A DNA stretch of 64,000 nt from an uncultured Acidobacteriota bacterium (GCA_913043225.1 CAJWLU010000009.1:32001-96000), one strand, 5' to 3'. Counted from the first letter of the stretch, positions 27,787 through 37,873 are shown. A program made the numbers and translations. Notes: a model not told the origin generated them from the letters alone.

Positions 27787-28757
27787 TCGCCGAATAGTTC
27801 GCGCTGGGCTCGCCGCCAGAACGCCACGCCGAACAGCGCGTTGAAGAGGATGAAGAAGTTGTGCTGCACGAAGCCGAAGGCCGCCATCTGGCCTTCGTTT
27901 TCAGGAAAGAGGATGACCCAGAAGGTGATGGCGGCCGCACGCATTGGGGTCGGCACCGCCGCCGCGAAGAAGATCACTGGGAGGTAGCCAAGTAGCGAGA
28001 CGAACGACGCTTCCACCCCGAAGAGTCGCAACGCGATGGTGTAAACCGCCACCGCGGCCAGTAGTGCCGGCGACCGTAGTAGTAGAAACATCACGTAGTG
28101 CTTCAGGCGAGCCGTCTTGAACGCGTGCAAGATCGGCTTGTTGCGGACCGCGTTCGACGGCAGGACCGTCCCTTGGAAGTAGAGCAGCCAGAGCACGAAG
28201 ATCACCACTGCGCCGGCCGAGATATACGGAATGAGTCCGAATGCCTCGGGCAGGGCGCCGCCACTAAAGGCAAACCCCACCGTGGCCCAGACCAGCAGGT
28301 AGAACACCTCGCTGAACATGATGAAAAGCATCACTGAGCCAACCTCCCACCCCGGCACTTGGTGCCGCCTGTTCAGGTAGTAGGCCATGGCGCCTTTGCC
28401 GATCTGTTCGTTGAAGATCGAGATGATGTAGGCGCTGGCGCGGATCGGCAGGATGTCGGCGTAATTGATCGGCGTCACGAACCAGGTGATCGCCTTGGTG
28501 GCCACCAGGGTGTCGATGAGGAAGTAGAACCCGGAGTAGGCGGCCATCAGCAGGATCCAGCTGTCCCACTGGACCCCGGTGAACACCCGCACCATGTAGT
28601 CGACCAGCGACAGTCCCTCGCGAGCCGCGGCGCCGTTCAGCCGGAAATACAGGTAGGCGAAGCAGGCCAGACTGAGCAGCAGAAAGACGATGCGCCCGGG
28701 GCCCGTGCCCTTCCTAGTTGGCTGTTCTGGTGAGGTGGCTGGTTGGGGTTCGGTCAT
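27783..28757 (-). CDS. lysylphosphatidylglycerol synthase TM / flippase-like (UPF0104) membrane protein
   Basis: About 8 TM segments with a family-like layout; 4-nt overlap with the downstream CDP-alcohol transferase. Confidence 0.6.
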   Translation of the reverse strand: MTEPQPATSPEQPTRKGTGPGRIVFLLLSLACFAYLYFRLNGAAAREGLSLVDYMVRVFTGVQWDSWILLMAAYSGFYFLIDTLVATKAITWFVTPINYADILPIRASAYIISIFNEQIGKGAMAYYLNRRHQVPGWEVGSVMLFIMFSEVFYLLVWATVGFAFSGGALPEAFGLIPYISAGAVVIFVLWLLYFQGTVLPSNAVRNKPILHAFKTARLKHYVMFLLLRSPALLAAVAVYTIALRLFGVEASFVSLLGYLPVIFFAAAVPTPMRAAAITFWVILFPENEGQMAAFGFVQHNFFILFNALFGVAFWRRAQRELFGE

Positions 28758-28832
28758 GGTGTCGTCGGGGTGATGGGGCCGAAGCCTCCGCCCCGTAGAA
28801 CCGTGGTGCCCACAGAGGCTACTCCATTCGAC

Positions 28833-29732
28833 TCAGGCCTGAACGAGCTTCTGGAGGGTGTTGGCCAGTGGCGTGAGCATGATGTCCAAGTCGCCGTCGG
28901 CGTTGTGCGGGACGTCCTCGCTCGAGGTGATGACGTCGATGACGTCCGGCGTCATGCCGCCCTGCCGGAATAGACCTGCCGCGCCGGCGCCGAGCTTGGC
29001 CAGCCAGATTGGCGTCGAGCCCACCGAGACGTCCTTGCCCAAGAGGTTCGCCATCTGTTCGATTAACCCCCGATAGGTGACGCCAGTCGGACCGACGAGG
29101 TCGTGGACCGAGCGGTCGGCCGGTTGGTCCTGAGCTACGGCTGCGAAGATCGCCGCCGACAGGTCATCGATGTCGAGTGGACGCAAGGTATGGGTTCCGC
29201 CGCCGAGCGTCTTTGTCGAGCCCTGGGACGCGGTGCGGACCAGCGCCCTCCCTCCCGCGGTCTCCGGCCCGAGCAGAAGCGGGGTCCGGATGGCTGTACC
29301 GGCGAGGTCGGCGCCGGTAACTAACGCCTCGGCCACGCCTTTCGACCGGAAGTAGCCGTTCGGTGAAGCGGGGTCGGCGCCGATCGAGCTGATGAAGACG
29401 AGATGTCGCACCCCGGTGTCTGTTGCCGCTTCAACCAAGGCCTGTGTGGTTTCGACGTTCGCGCTCTGGTAGGTCGTGGTCCTGCTCTCGAACAGGATGC
29501 CGGCCAGGTGCACGACGCAGCTCACCCCGTCGAGGGCGGCGCGCAGCGCGGCACCGTCTTCATATCGAGCGACGGCCGTCGTGACCGAGGATCCGGTCGG
29601 TAGTTCTTCGAGCGCGCCCTCGCGCCGGACTATGGCCACGGCCGACGTATCGGTCGTGTTGGCGATCTCTGTCAGCAACACGTTGCCGACCGCGCTGTTG
29701 GCTCCGGTGATGGCGATGCGAGTAGTGGGCAC
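28833..29732 (-). CDS. NAD(P)-binding atypical SDR / epimerase-dehydratase family protein
   Basis: ITGANSAVG Rossmann motif, VHLAG, ISSIGA, YFRSK. Confidence 0.85.
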   Translation of the reverse strand: MPTTRIAITGANSAVGNVLLTEIANTTDTSAVAIVRREGALEELPTGSSVTTAVARYEDGAALRAALDGVSCVVHLAGILFESRTTTYQSANVETTQALVEAATDTGVRHLVFISSIGADPASPNGYFRSKGVAEALVTGADLAGTAIRTPLLLGPETAGGRALVRTASQGSTKTLGGGTHTLRPLDIDDLSAAIFAAVAQDQPADRSVHDLVGPTGVTYRGLIEQMANLLGKDVSVGSTPIWLAKLGAGAAGLFRQGGMTPDVIDVITSSEDVPHNADGDLDIMLTPLANTLQKLVQA

Positions 29733-29785
29733 GGCGTAGCTATCTTGTCAGGAGGGGGTCTGGGCCATAGGGGTTAGGTGCGAGG

Positions 29786-32575
29786 CTAGCGCCACCGGAA
29801 GTCTACCCGCACCACGCTGTCGGCCGGAGCGTCCGCCGCCGGAGCATGCAGGGTATAGCCGAAACCAGCCTCCGGGATGTCGGCGCCGCCGAACGGCAAG
29901 TAGGGATTCTGATAGCGGTTAGGCTTGGCGTCGGTGAACTCGTTGACGGGAGCGAACGGGAAGGCGGTCTGGCGAGTCATGGTCCCGTCCTCGGCCCGCC
30001 ACAGCTCCACGCCGCCGATGAACGGTTCCACCGCAAATGGTGCGTCGGCCGAGTGCATGTTGCGGAGCAGCCGGTCATAGAGCCGGTACTCAGTCTCACC
30101 GTCCCGGATGCGTAGATCAAACAGGGTGCCGCCCGACTTCCGGGCTCTTCGCTCAGGTCCAGGCAGGAATTCGTTGATGATGGTGTAGTTGTAGGTCAGG
30201 GCGCGATCATTCCACCTTATTTGCTCGATGGGCGGGCGGCCGTCGACGAGCATCTCCTCGCAGCGGGCGACGTCCTCCGGCGCGACGTCGGTGGAGTAGT
30301 AGTTGGGCGGTCGCTGAAAACACATGGTGTCAACGAAGCCGGCGCGAAGCAGTGGCTGGGCCGACTCGTCGAGCGCCCAGGCGCTCCAGCCGTCCTCGGT
30401 GCGGAAGTACCGCTCAGGCAGAGCAGACAGCTGATATTCCTGCGGGGTGGCATCGACCACCAGCAGGAAGCCTCGACCGGGACCGGATTCGGCGGGTTCG
30501 TTCTGGCTCCAGAGGTACTCGCCATTGTAGTACCACATCACCACACCAGACCTGTAGTTCACGTTCAGCGCCGACATCTCGCCGTCGCTGTCGGGGAAGA
30601 ATGTGAACCCTGGGTGGGAGAGCGCTTCATCGTAATTCTTGACGCTGGCGAAGGTCTGATACGGATCGCGATACTCCAGTAGGTAGAAGTGGGGCACCGG
30701 CAAGTGGTGCTCGCCCGACGACAGCGTGAAGCCCTGGGTGTCCCAGCCGTCGAGGGTAGCGCCCTCGAAGTCCTCACGGAACCCGACGGCGGGAATCTCG
30801 ATGTTGTCCAGCAGTCCGCCATCCTCCACCGCGGCCATGTCGGTGAAGTAGGTGAAACGCAGCGCGACCTTGCCTCCGCTGAAGCCGCTGAGGTCGAACG
30901 AGGCATTGATCCACTGCGATGCTTCGCACGGGTCCACCGCGGCGGTACCGCCAACACGGTCTTCGGCCAGCGTCCGCTCTGCGCGCGGATCGCAGCCGTT
31001 AGCTGTTTCGACCTTACCGTCCCCGTTCAGGTCGCCGCTCCGTCCGGTGAACCCTGGGAGCGAGCCCTCGCCCTCGTGGCCCTTGCCGGACGGCATCACG
31101 CTCTCGGCGTCGCCGATCGCATCCTTGTCGGTTGGCAGCAGTCGCCGGAACGGTTCGCCGGGACGCGCCGCCTCCACATACAGGTAGTCCCACTCGGCCT
31201 CGATCACGAACCAGGCATCGAGGTTCATCACCACCGGCTCGTCCGCCGCTACGCCACTGAGGTCGAACGTGCGGCTCAGGGTCCGGTTCATGTCGTTCCC
31301 CTGACCCGAGTAGAGCACCTGTCGCCCCTGGTCGGGGCCGAGTGGCCCCATCCGGATGTCGCGCATCGTGGGCGGCAGAATCACCATGATCGCGTCACAC
31401 AATCCGGACGGCGTGCGATAGCCGTCGATGCCGCTCCAGTCGTTCAACGTCTTGAGATGGAGAGACCCGGAACCGTTACCCCCGAGGTCGGATGGGCGTA
31501 CCACGCACGGCTCGAGCCAACCGAGTACGGTACGCGACCAGGCGCTCAGCTCTTGAGGCTGAGGGGAGGAGGTGCTCGACATAGCTTCCCACGACGCAGT
31601 CGAGTTGTTGGTCGACCGTGCGTAGATGTCGGGCAGTCCCAGCGAGTGTCCGAACTCGTGGATGAAGGTGGACGGCTCGGTGTACTCCGACTGCATGTTG
31701 TAGTCGAGCACCCACAGTCCGTTGCCGATGTCGACCCCGCCTCGGACGTTCATCCGGCCGTCGACTTCCGGACCGCTGTCCAGATTCAGGCTAAGCGCGA
31801 AGCGATGCGGCCAGATGCGGTCACCGCACGCTTGTTCGTCCGCGGTGAGCGTCTCGAATACATCGGTCGGCGCGTTGGCATTGAGCTTCTCGCCCATCTT
31901 GTAGAGCCCGTGGCATGACGATTGGCCCTTGCCCGCCACCACCAGGATGAAGTGGTCGAGATACCCGTCCGGTTCGTCCCGGTTATTGTCGCTGTCGAAG
32001 TCGGTCGGGTCCCAGAGGTCGTAGTCGACCCAGGGAAAATCCGGCTCGGCAGCGTAGGCAGCCCGGAGGGCGTCCACCACGAGATCGGTGGCGCGTACGT
32101 CGTTGCGCCAGGAGCCGTCGGACACCTGCTGCGGACGTCCGTAATGGCTCAGCGGCTGGGCCAGCTCGACCACTGGAAAGATGTCTCCGGTGACGTTGTA
32201 CCGGCCACGCGATTGGTGACGGTAGTAGTGAGACAGGGTGCCTGGTTCGAGGGCGGCGGGGCTACCTGCGAAGAGCAGGTCCTGGAAGTAGGCGCGGTTT
32301 TTCTCGTCCTGATCCGCGTCGCCGGCGAACCGGTCGTAGCCGATGTCTGAGAACCGGACCGGCAGGATCAGCAGCCGATGCGGCCGGTTGACGGGAGCCA
32401 GCGCCGGTTGGATCGAGTCACTCTGAATCTGGGGGTGGCCGAGCTGGTCGAACTGGAAGTCGGCCAGCGCTTCAACCATCGACTCGGCGGTGGCCGACGG
32501 TTGGGCGCCTATTTTGTGTGTGGGCAAGAGTACGGCTAAGAGTACGACCGCCGGCGTCCAGCGTGTCGTCAGCAT
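29786..32575 (-). CDS. immune inhibitor A-like (M6 family) metalloprotease, secreted
   Basis: GGAGG before ATG 32575; signal peptide; IWPHR, HEFGHSLGLPD.Y, W.AMS Met-turn, YSGQGND, IEAEWDY.YVE. Confidence 0.88.
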   Translation of the reverse strand: MLTTRWTPAVVLLAVLLPTHKIGAQPSATAESMVEALADFQFDQLGHPQIQSDSIQPALAPVNRPHRLLILPVRFSDIGYDRFAGDADQDEKNRAYFQDLLFAGSPAALEPGTLSHYYRHQSRGRYNVTGDIFPVVELAQPLSHYGRPQQVSDGSWRNDVRATDLVVDALRAAYAAEPDFPWVDYDLWDPTDFDSDNNRDEPDGYLDHFILVVAGKGQSSCHGLYKMGEKLNANAPTDVFETLTADEQACGDRIWPHRFALSLNLDSGPEVDGRMNVRGGVDIGNGLWVLDYNMQSEYTEPSTFIHEFGHSLGLPDIYARSTNNSTASWEAMSSTSSPQPQELSAWSRTVLGWLEPCVVRPSDLGGNGSGSLHLKTLNDWSGIDGYRTPSGLCDAIMVILPPTMRDIRMGPLGPDQGRQVLYSGQGNDMNRTLSRTFDLSGVAADEPVVMNLDAWFVIEAEWDYLYVEAARPGEPFRRLLPTDKDAIGDAESVMPSGKGHEGEGSLPGFTGRSGDLNGDGKVETANGCDPRAERTLAEDRVGGTAAVDPCEASQWINASFDLSGFSGGKVALRFTYFTDMAAVEDGGLLDNIEIPAVGFREDFEGATLDGWDTQGFTLSSGEHHLPVPHFYLLEYRDPYQTFASVKNYDEALSHPGFTFFPDSDGEMSALNVNYRSGVVMWYYNGEYLWSQNEPAESGPGRGFLLVVDATPQEYQLSALPERYFRTEDGWSAWALDESAQPLLRAGFVDTMCFQRPPNYYSTDVAPEDVARCEEMLVDGRPPIEQIRWNDRALTYNYTIINEFLPGPERRARKSGGTLFDLRIRDGETEYRLYDRLLRNMHSADAPFAVEPFIGGVELWRAEDGTMTRQTAFPFAPVNEFTDAKPNRYQNPYLPFGGADIPEAGFGYTLHAPAADAPADSVVRVDFRWR

Positions 32576-32589
32576 CGGGATACCTCCGC

Positions 32590-35100
32590 TCAGGCCCGGA
32601 CCACGCGGCAGGCGAAACACTTGTACGCCTGCTGGCCGGACAGATTGTCGAAGTAACGGTCGTCTACCAGGGTGTTGGCTGGATCCGAATAGGTGGGCGC
32701 TCCGGCCAGGTCGACAGTTTGAGCGAAGCCGAAACCGTTGGGCACGAACACGGTGTCGGAACGCATCGCTTCCCACACCACGGCGGTGCCGAGTACCCGC
32801 CCGCGCGGACTTTCCACGGCGATCTCGTCGCCATTGGCAATGCCGGCCGCCGTGGCCGCCTCGGGATGCAGCTGGATCAGCCGCACGCCATCGAGCTGCT
32901 TTCCACCATGGGTCCAGTGCGTCACTCCTGCGAAATGCACCACGCTCGAACGGCCGATCATGCCCATGAGCGGGTAGTCAACGTGCACGTCGCCAGGAGC
33001 CGGCTCGCCGAGTCGCACCACTGGAGTCGCTGCGTGCGGGTTGATCGGGTTGCTGACCAACCGGTTCTCGTACTCGATCGACGGATGCCCGCCCGTCACT
33101 TCCGGATGTGTGTAGAAGGTGGGTAGCGCGGTGTGCCCGGCCTCCTGCAGTTGCGCGTCCAGCTCGGGCGTGTAGATCTCGATCTGGCCGCTCGGTGTCA
33201 GGAACCGCTGGTCGGCTTCGCCACCCAGGCTGGCCGCAGCCTCGTACCAAGACGGATGGTCCAGATACAGCGTGCTCACCCCGGGATGGTCGGTGGTCGG
33301 GCAGGGCCAGCGCATTGGTTCAGCGCTGCCTTCGAGACGCTCTCGCGTCAGGCCCTCGACCCCGGGCGTGCGCGCGACAAATTCTGACCATAGTGTGTTG
33401 TAGTCGCGCCACGCGAGCGGGAACGCGTCGGTCCACTCGCTTGCTGGACGGGTTCCATCTAGCCGGGCTAGCGTGTGGGCCAGGTCGATCCAGATTTCGA
33501 TGTCGGTGCGGCTTTCACCGACTCGGGGCACTGCGGCCTGTTGCCACCGGATGGCGCGGTCATCGCGCCGCATGTAGATCCCGTCAGTCTCGAGTCCGCT
33601 ACAGACCGGGAGGATGACGTCCGCGTAGTAGGCGGCTTCCTCCATAAAGAGCCCCGTGTAGACGTAAAACTCGAGCGCCGCGAACGCCTCGCGGACACGC
33701 GTGGTGTTGGCCGAGGCCAACAGCGGGTTGCCTTCGGTCACAACCGCGCGCAGCCGATATGGTTGTTCTCTCAGGATCGACTCGGCGAACGAGTCGGGGC
33801 CCACTGGTAGCGCTTGATCCTTCTCGGCGACCTTTGCTTCGAGTGGGGGTAGGTTCAGGCCACCGGGCCAGGTGTTATGCATAAAGTTGCATCCGCCACC
33901 AGATACCCCAATGTTGCCGGTGATAGCCGCGAGGAACACGAGGGTTCGATAGGTGTCGAACGCTCCAAGCTGATGGGAGATGCCGGCGTTGCAGAAAATG
34001 GCGGCGGTCGGCGCCGACGCGTAGTCCCGGGCTAGCTGTCGAATGTCGGCGGCAGGGAGATCGCAGATTTCGGCCGCCCACTCTGGGGTGTAGGCGTTGT
34101 CGCGGAGGTGCCTAGAGAGTTCGTCGAAGCCTAGCACCCAGCGGTCGACGGTCTCGTGGTCGTAGAGGTCTTGTTCGACGATCTCGTGCAGCAGCGCTAG
34201 TACCAGAGCCAGGTCTGTGTGTGGTTTGGGCGCCAGCCATCGGTTGGCATAGGCCGCAGTGGGGGTCTGCCGGGGGTCGACCACGACCAGTGGGGCCCCG
34301 GAGCGCTCTCGACCGCGAAGCAGATACTCGAAGGTAACCGGATGCGTCTCGGCCTGGTTAGTTCCCAAGAACAAGTAGAACGCCGAGGAGCCGAGATCGT
34401 CCTTCCCGGTGGCGGGATCGACGCCATAGCCGTTGGTGAAATTGCCGAGGCCTAGCGTCCACGCCAGGGCGTTTCCGCCGGCGTCGTTACACACCGGTCC
34501 TACGTCGGTCGCGTTCGGGCTGCCCAATAGGTCGAACACGCGGCCGATGACCGAGCCGGCGCCCCGGAGCATCCGGCCCGTCGTCCGGTTGGCGATGGTG
34601 CGTGCCTTTCCAGAATCGCGTAGCTCGAGGAACTTCGCAGCGATCGTTTCAAGCACCTCGTTCCAGCTGGCCTCGCGAAACTGCGAACCTTCGAGGTCGC
34701 CCTTAGCTCCGCCCGTGCGGATGAGCGGCGTCGTCAGTCGGTACTGGTTGTGCACCAGCTGACCCATTAGGTCGGCCTTCACACACAGCTGGCCAGCCTG
34801 CACCGGGTCGTCAGTTAATCCCTCGATTGACACCACGCGACCCCCGCGAGTGTGTACGTCGAGGGCACAGTTTGCGTTGCAGAACTGACAGGCGCTCCGG
34901 GTTGTGGTGTCGGCGCCAAGTACCGGCGACGAGCCGCTGAAATCGAAAGAGCCCGGCCGCGTGGTTCCGTCAGAGGTGGGCGGTACGTCTGGTGTTGGCG
35001 TGCAGCCGGAGAGTAGTCCCGCCCCGGCGCCGACCAGGGTGCCCTTCAGGAAGCGACGCCGAGTCGGATCTGTACTTCGGGACGAAAACGGCTTAGTCAT
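32590..35100 (-). CDS. molybdopterin (bis-MGD) oxidoreductase catalytic subunit, Tat lipoprotein
   Basis: TRRRFLK followed by lipobox LSGC; [4Fe-4S] motif CQFCNANC...LCVK; GTNQAETHP, VVDPRQT, TDLAL, ADVILP; C-terminal dinucleotide-binding domain. Confidence 0.9.
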   Translation of the reverse strand: MTKPFSSRSTDPTRRRFLKGTLVGAGAGLLSGCTPTPDVPPTSDGTTRPGSFDFSGSSPVLGADTTTRSACQFCNANCALDVHTRGGRVVSIEGLTDDPVQAGQLCVKADLMGQLVHNQYRLTTPLIRTGGAKGDLEGSQFREASWNEVLETIAAKFLELRDSGKARTIANRTTGRMLRGAGSVIGRVFDLLGSPNATDVGPVCNDAGGNALAWTLGLGNFTNGYGVDPATGKDDLGSSAFYLFLGTNQAETHPVTFEYLLRGRERSGAPLVVVDPRQTPTAAYANRWLAPKPHTDLALVLALLHEIVEQDLYDHETVDRWVLGFDELSRHLRDNAYTPEWAAEICDLPAADIRQLARDYASAPTAAIFCNAGISHQLGAFDTYRTLVFLAAITGNIGVSGGGCNFMHNTWPGGLNLPPLEAKVAEKDQALPVGPDSFAESILREQPYRLRAVVTEGNPLLASANTTRVREAFAALEFYVYTGLFMEEAAYYADVILPVCSGLETDGIYMRRDDRAIRWQQAAVPRVGESRTDIEIWIDLAHTLARLDGTRPASEWTDAFPLAWRDYNTLWSEFVARTPGVEGLTRERLEGSAEPMRWPCPTTDHPGVSTLYLDHPSWYEAAASLGGEADQRFLTPSGQIEIYTPELDAQLQEAGHTALPTFYTHPEVTGGHPSIEYENRLVSNPINPHAATPVVRLGEPAPGDVHVDYPLMGMIGRSSVVHFAGVTHWTHGGKQLDGVRLIQLHPEAATAAGIANGDEIAVESPRGRVLGTAVVWEAMRSDTVFVPNGFGFAQTVDLAGAPTYSDPANTLVDDRYFDNLSGQQAYKCFACRVVRA

Positions 35101-36710
35101 GGTGACTCACACGCGAACGTCCAGCCGTGTTCACAGGCTCGGGTGTAGAGCTCGGCTTCCGACCAGTCGTTCAGGGTCGGCCGGCCCTGTCGCAGCAGGA
35201 TGCGGAGATCGTTCACCGCCGGGTCGCCCCGAGCCGGGGTGCCGGGGTTGGCTGTGTTGAGGCAGCCAGGCTCGGACCCCTGCTCGCACGCCTGGTTGAA
35301 GAGCGCCGCCGCCACCTGGAAATCGGGATCTACGATGACGCCTTCGGTGTAGTGGGCGCCTAGCTCGTTGCATGACCAGCCCGAGCCGTCGCTGCAGTCG
35401 AGGAACTGCAGCAGCGCGAGGGTGGCGCACCCCTTCCGCAGGTCGTTTTCGCAGGCCTCTTCCCAGAAGAGGATACTGTCTCCCCGGTGGCGTCCGTCGG
35501 CCGCTCCGATGGTGGACATGCCGACGAAGAAGATGGCCCACACCGCCATGTGGAACACGTTGGCGTGCCGCGGAATGGCGATGCCTTGGATCTCACCCAC
35601 GAGGAAGCGCTGTGGCAGCTTGGCTGCCACCCGGTCGATCCACTGCACGCTCAAATTCAGCAGCGGGACACAGAGGAGCTTGTCGTAGAACGTAGGCTGC
35701 TGGAATTGACCCAGTAGCTCATAGAGTCCGAACACGGTAGTGCCGTAGAGCAGCCCGAAGATCAGCTTGCCCGGTGCGGTCCGGGGCGACGTGGACGGGT
35801 CGGTCACCAGCAGGTGCAGCCCGAGGAAGACGGCGATCGGAATTTCGGAGTCGATGAAGAACGGCACCCCGACTATCTGGGTGTAGAGCGCGCTCAATCC
35901 GAAGAGCGTCGCCGCCGCGAAGGCCGACACCAGCGTGATGTTGAAGAAGTACATCGCTACCAGCCCGATGGCGAACAGGAAGAGATAGGGCTGTGGTGCC
36001 AGGTTCAGTGTGGTAGCGATCTGGTCACCCCAGGTGATGTTCGTGGTGCCGGTAAAGATCAGGCCCAGCGAGAACAGACCCAGTGAAAAGGCCGACGGGT
36101 TGAAGATATGTACTCGACGCCCGTCGCGTTCCCACCGCACGAACTCCTTGCCCAGGAAGCCGACCCCGAGCATGAGAAATTGCAAGTAGAAGAAGTCGTC
36201 GATGAACCAGAGGAATAAGTTCGTACTAAACAAAATGGGGAACGGCCCGAACCCCAGTGTGTAGCGTTCGCGTCTCGACCACGCCAGCAGCATGTCGAAC
36301 GCGTAGCAGAAGAGCAGTTGGCCCACGAGCAGCCAGAAGTGGTTGGCTACCGGCGGCCAGTAGGAGCCCCAGTAAATGAAAACCGACGTGTGAAGGATGG
36401 CCTGAATCCAGTGTTGCTTCCGGAGGGCTATGTCGAAGCCACGTCCTGTCTGTGCCGCCCGGAGGCGCTGGGAGAGCATCCAGGTCCAGACGAGGACGAC
36501 CAGCGACGACAGCCAGAAAGACCATATCAGGGTCGGGTGCTGCTGCACGCGAGGGAGGAATGACAGGCCGAGTATGCCCAACCCGAAGCCCGCCGGGAGC
36601 CACAGCACTGAGCGGGACGCCGTCGGGGCCACGGAGGTCTCCGGAATGGCCGCCATGGCGGACATGGGCTGACCTTTAGGTGAGCGGGCTCGCTTGCGCT
36701 TTGTTGCCAT
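35097..36710 (-). CDS. RnfD/NqrB-like polytopic membrane protein with C-terminal Cys-rich Sel1-like repeats
   Basis: More than 10 TM segments; HIFNPSA and TDPSTSP resemble RnfD/NqrB FNPA and TDPVT.P; C-terminal AC..G...C repeats; 4-nt overlap with the Mo enzyme gene. Confidence 0.7.
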   Translation of the reverse strand: MATKRKRARSPKGQPMSAMAAIPETSVAPTASRSVLWLPAGFGLGILGLSFLPRVQQHPTLIWSFWLSSLVVLVWTWMLSQRLRAAQTGRGFDIALRKQHWIQAILHTSVFIYWGSYWPPVANHFWLLVGQLLFCYAFDMLLAWSRRERYTLGFGPFPILFSTNLFLWFIDDFFYLQFLMLGVGFLGKEFVRWERDGRRVHIFNPSAFSLGLFSLGLIFTGTTNITWGDQIATTLNLAPQPYLFLFAIGLVAMYFFNITLVSAFAAATLFGLSALYTQIVGVPFFIDSEIPIAVFLGLHLLVTDPSTSPRTAPGKLIFGLLYGTTVFGLYELLGQFQQPTFYDKLLCVPLLNLSVQWIDRVAAKLPQRFLVGEIQGIAIPRHANVFHMAVWAIFFVGMSTIGAADGRHRGDSILFWEEACENDLRKGCATLALLQFLDCSDGSGWSCNELGAHYTEGVIVDPDFQVAAALFNQACEQGSEPGCLNTANPGTPARGDPAVNDLRILLRQGRPTLNDWSEAELYTRACEHGWTFACESP

Positions 36711-36868
36711 CGTTACGCCGTCGGGTTGCTAGCGATCGTACAAGATTACGCGGAGCTGGACGAGGTGTCAGGCACCAGCGGTCTCTTGACGTTGGCTAGC
36801 GGCTGTGCGACGGTGTCATGCGTCAAGGTCCTCGCCGGGCTCCGGGGGGGAGTGAAGGAGGCTACGCA

Positions 36869-37873
36869 ATGCGTTTCCGTTCGTCATATCCGTGCGTGCT
36901 CGTCGCACTGGCTCTTGTGAGCCTGGTGTTGTTGCCGACTTTGGCTGATGCCCAATCGGCCCCAAAGACCCCATGGGGACACCCTGATCTACAGGGGATC
37001 TGGACCTCGTCCGGGGCAACCCCGTTTGAGCGACCGACTGACATGGTGGGCCGCGAGCGGCTTACTGATGAAGAAGTGTCCTCGATCCGCGCAGCGACCG
37101 AGGAGCGCGACGAGGAACTGCTCAATGCTGCAGCTCGGCGGACCAGCGCGGGTGGCAGCGTAGGCGCCTACAACAACTTTTGGATGGACCGTGGCGCTCG
37201 CACCGACCGCACGTCGATGGTGATCGATCCGCCTGATGGTCGGCTGCCTCCGCTGACCCCGGCGGGGGAGCTCCGCCGTGCGACGGGCGAGAAGGCACCG
37301 GGCGGGATGGAGAACGACGATACCTGGGAAGACCGCCACATCTGGGAGCGCTGCGTGACCCGTGGCGGCATGCCGAACGCCATGTTCCCGCGGTCGTACA
37401 ACAACAACATGCAGGTATTTCAGACCGAGGACCACGTGGTGATGCTGATCGAGCAGGTACACGAGGTTCGCGTGGTGTCGCTCGACGGTCGTGAGCACCC
37501 GTCAAGCAAGGTCTACGGTTGGAACGGCCTATCCACCGGGCACTTCGAAGGCGACACCCTTGTGGTGGTGACCTCGAATATCCATCCCAACGTGAGCGCG
37601 CTACAGCCGTGGTCGATCTTTAACTCGAAGGAAGGTTCGGGCTCGGAGATGACGCTGATTGAGCGGTTCACCCCCACCGGACCAGACTCGCTCGAGTACG
37701 AGGTCGAGGTGTTCGATCCAAAGATGTACACACGGGCTTGGACTGTGGCCTATCCGTTCAGCCGGATGGATGACCTGATGTACGAGTATGCCTGCCACGA
37801 AGGTAACGAAGGCATGATCGGTATCCTGGCTGGCGGACGCGCCGAGGAGGCGGTCGGAGCGGGCGGCCAGTAG
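36869..37873 (+). CDS. conserved secreted hypothetical protein ('EYACHEGN' family), copy 3
   Basis: AAGGAGG RBS; signal peptide; WGHPDLQGIW, YNNFW, ERCVTRG, FEGDTLVV, EYACHEGN. Confidence 0.85.
   Translation: MRFRSSYPCVLVALALVSLVLLPTLADAQSAPKTPWGHPDLQGIWTSSGATPFERPTDMVGRERLTDEEVSSIRAATEERDEELLNAAARRTSAGGSVGAYNNFWMDRGARTDRTSMVIDPPDGRLPPLTPAGELRRATGEKAPGGMENDDTWEDRHIWERCVTRGGMPNAMFPRSYNNNMQVFQTEDHVVMLIEQVHEVRVVSLDGREHPSSKVYGWNGLSTGHFEGDTLVVVTSNIHPNVSALQPWSIFNSKEGSGSEMTLIERFTPTGPDSLEYEVEVFDPKMYTRAWTVAYPFSRMDDLMYEYACHEGNEGMIGILAGGRAEEAVGAGGQ

Noticed and set aside
32590..35100. Naming the Mo enzyme napA, fdh, ttrA, psrA or arrA, or calling a selenocysteine
   Set aside because: No in-frame TGA, no diagnostic partner genes, and motifs insufficient to assign a clade.
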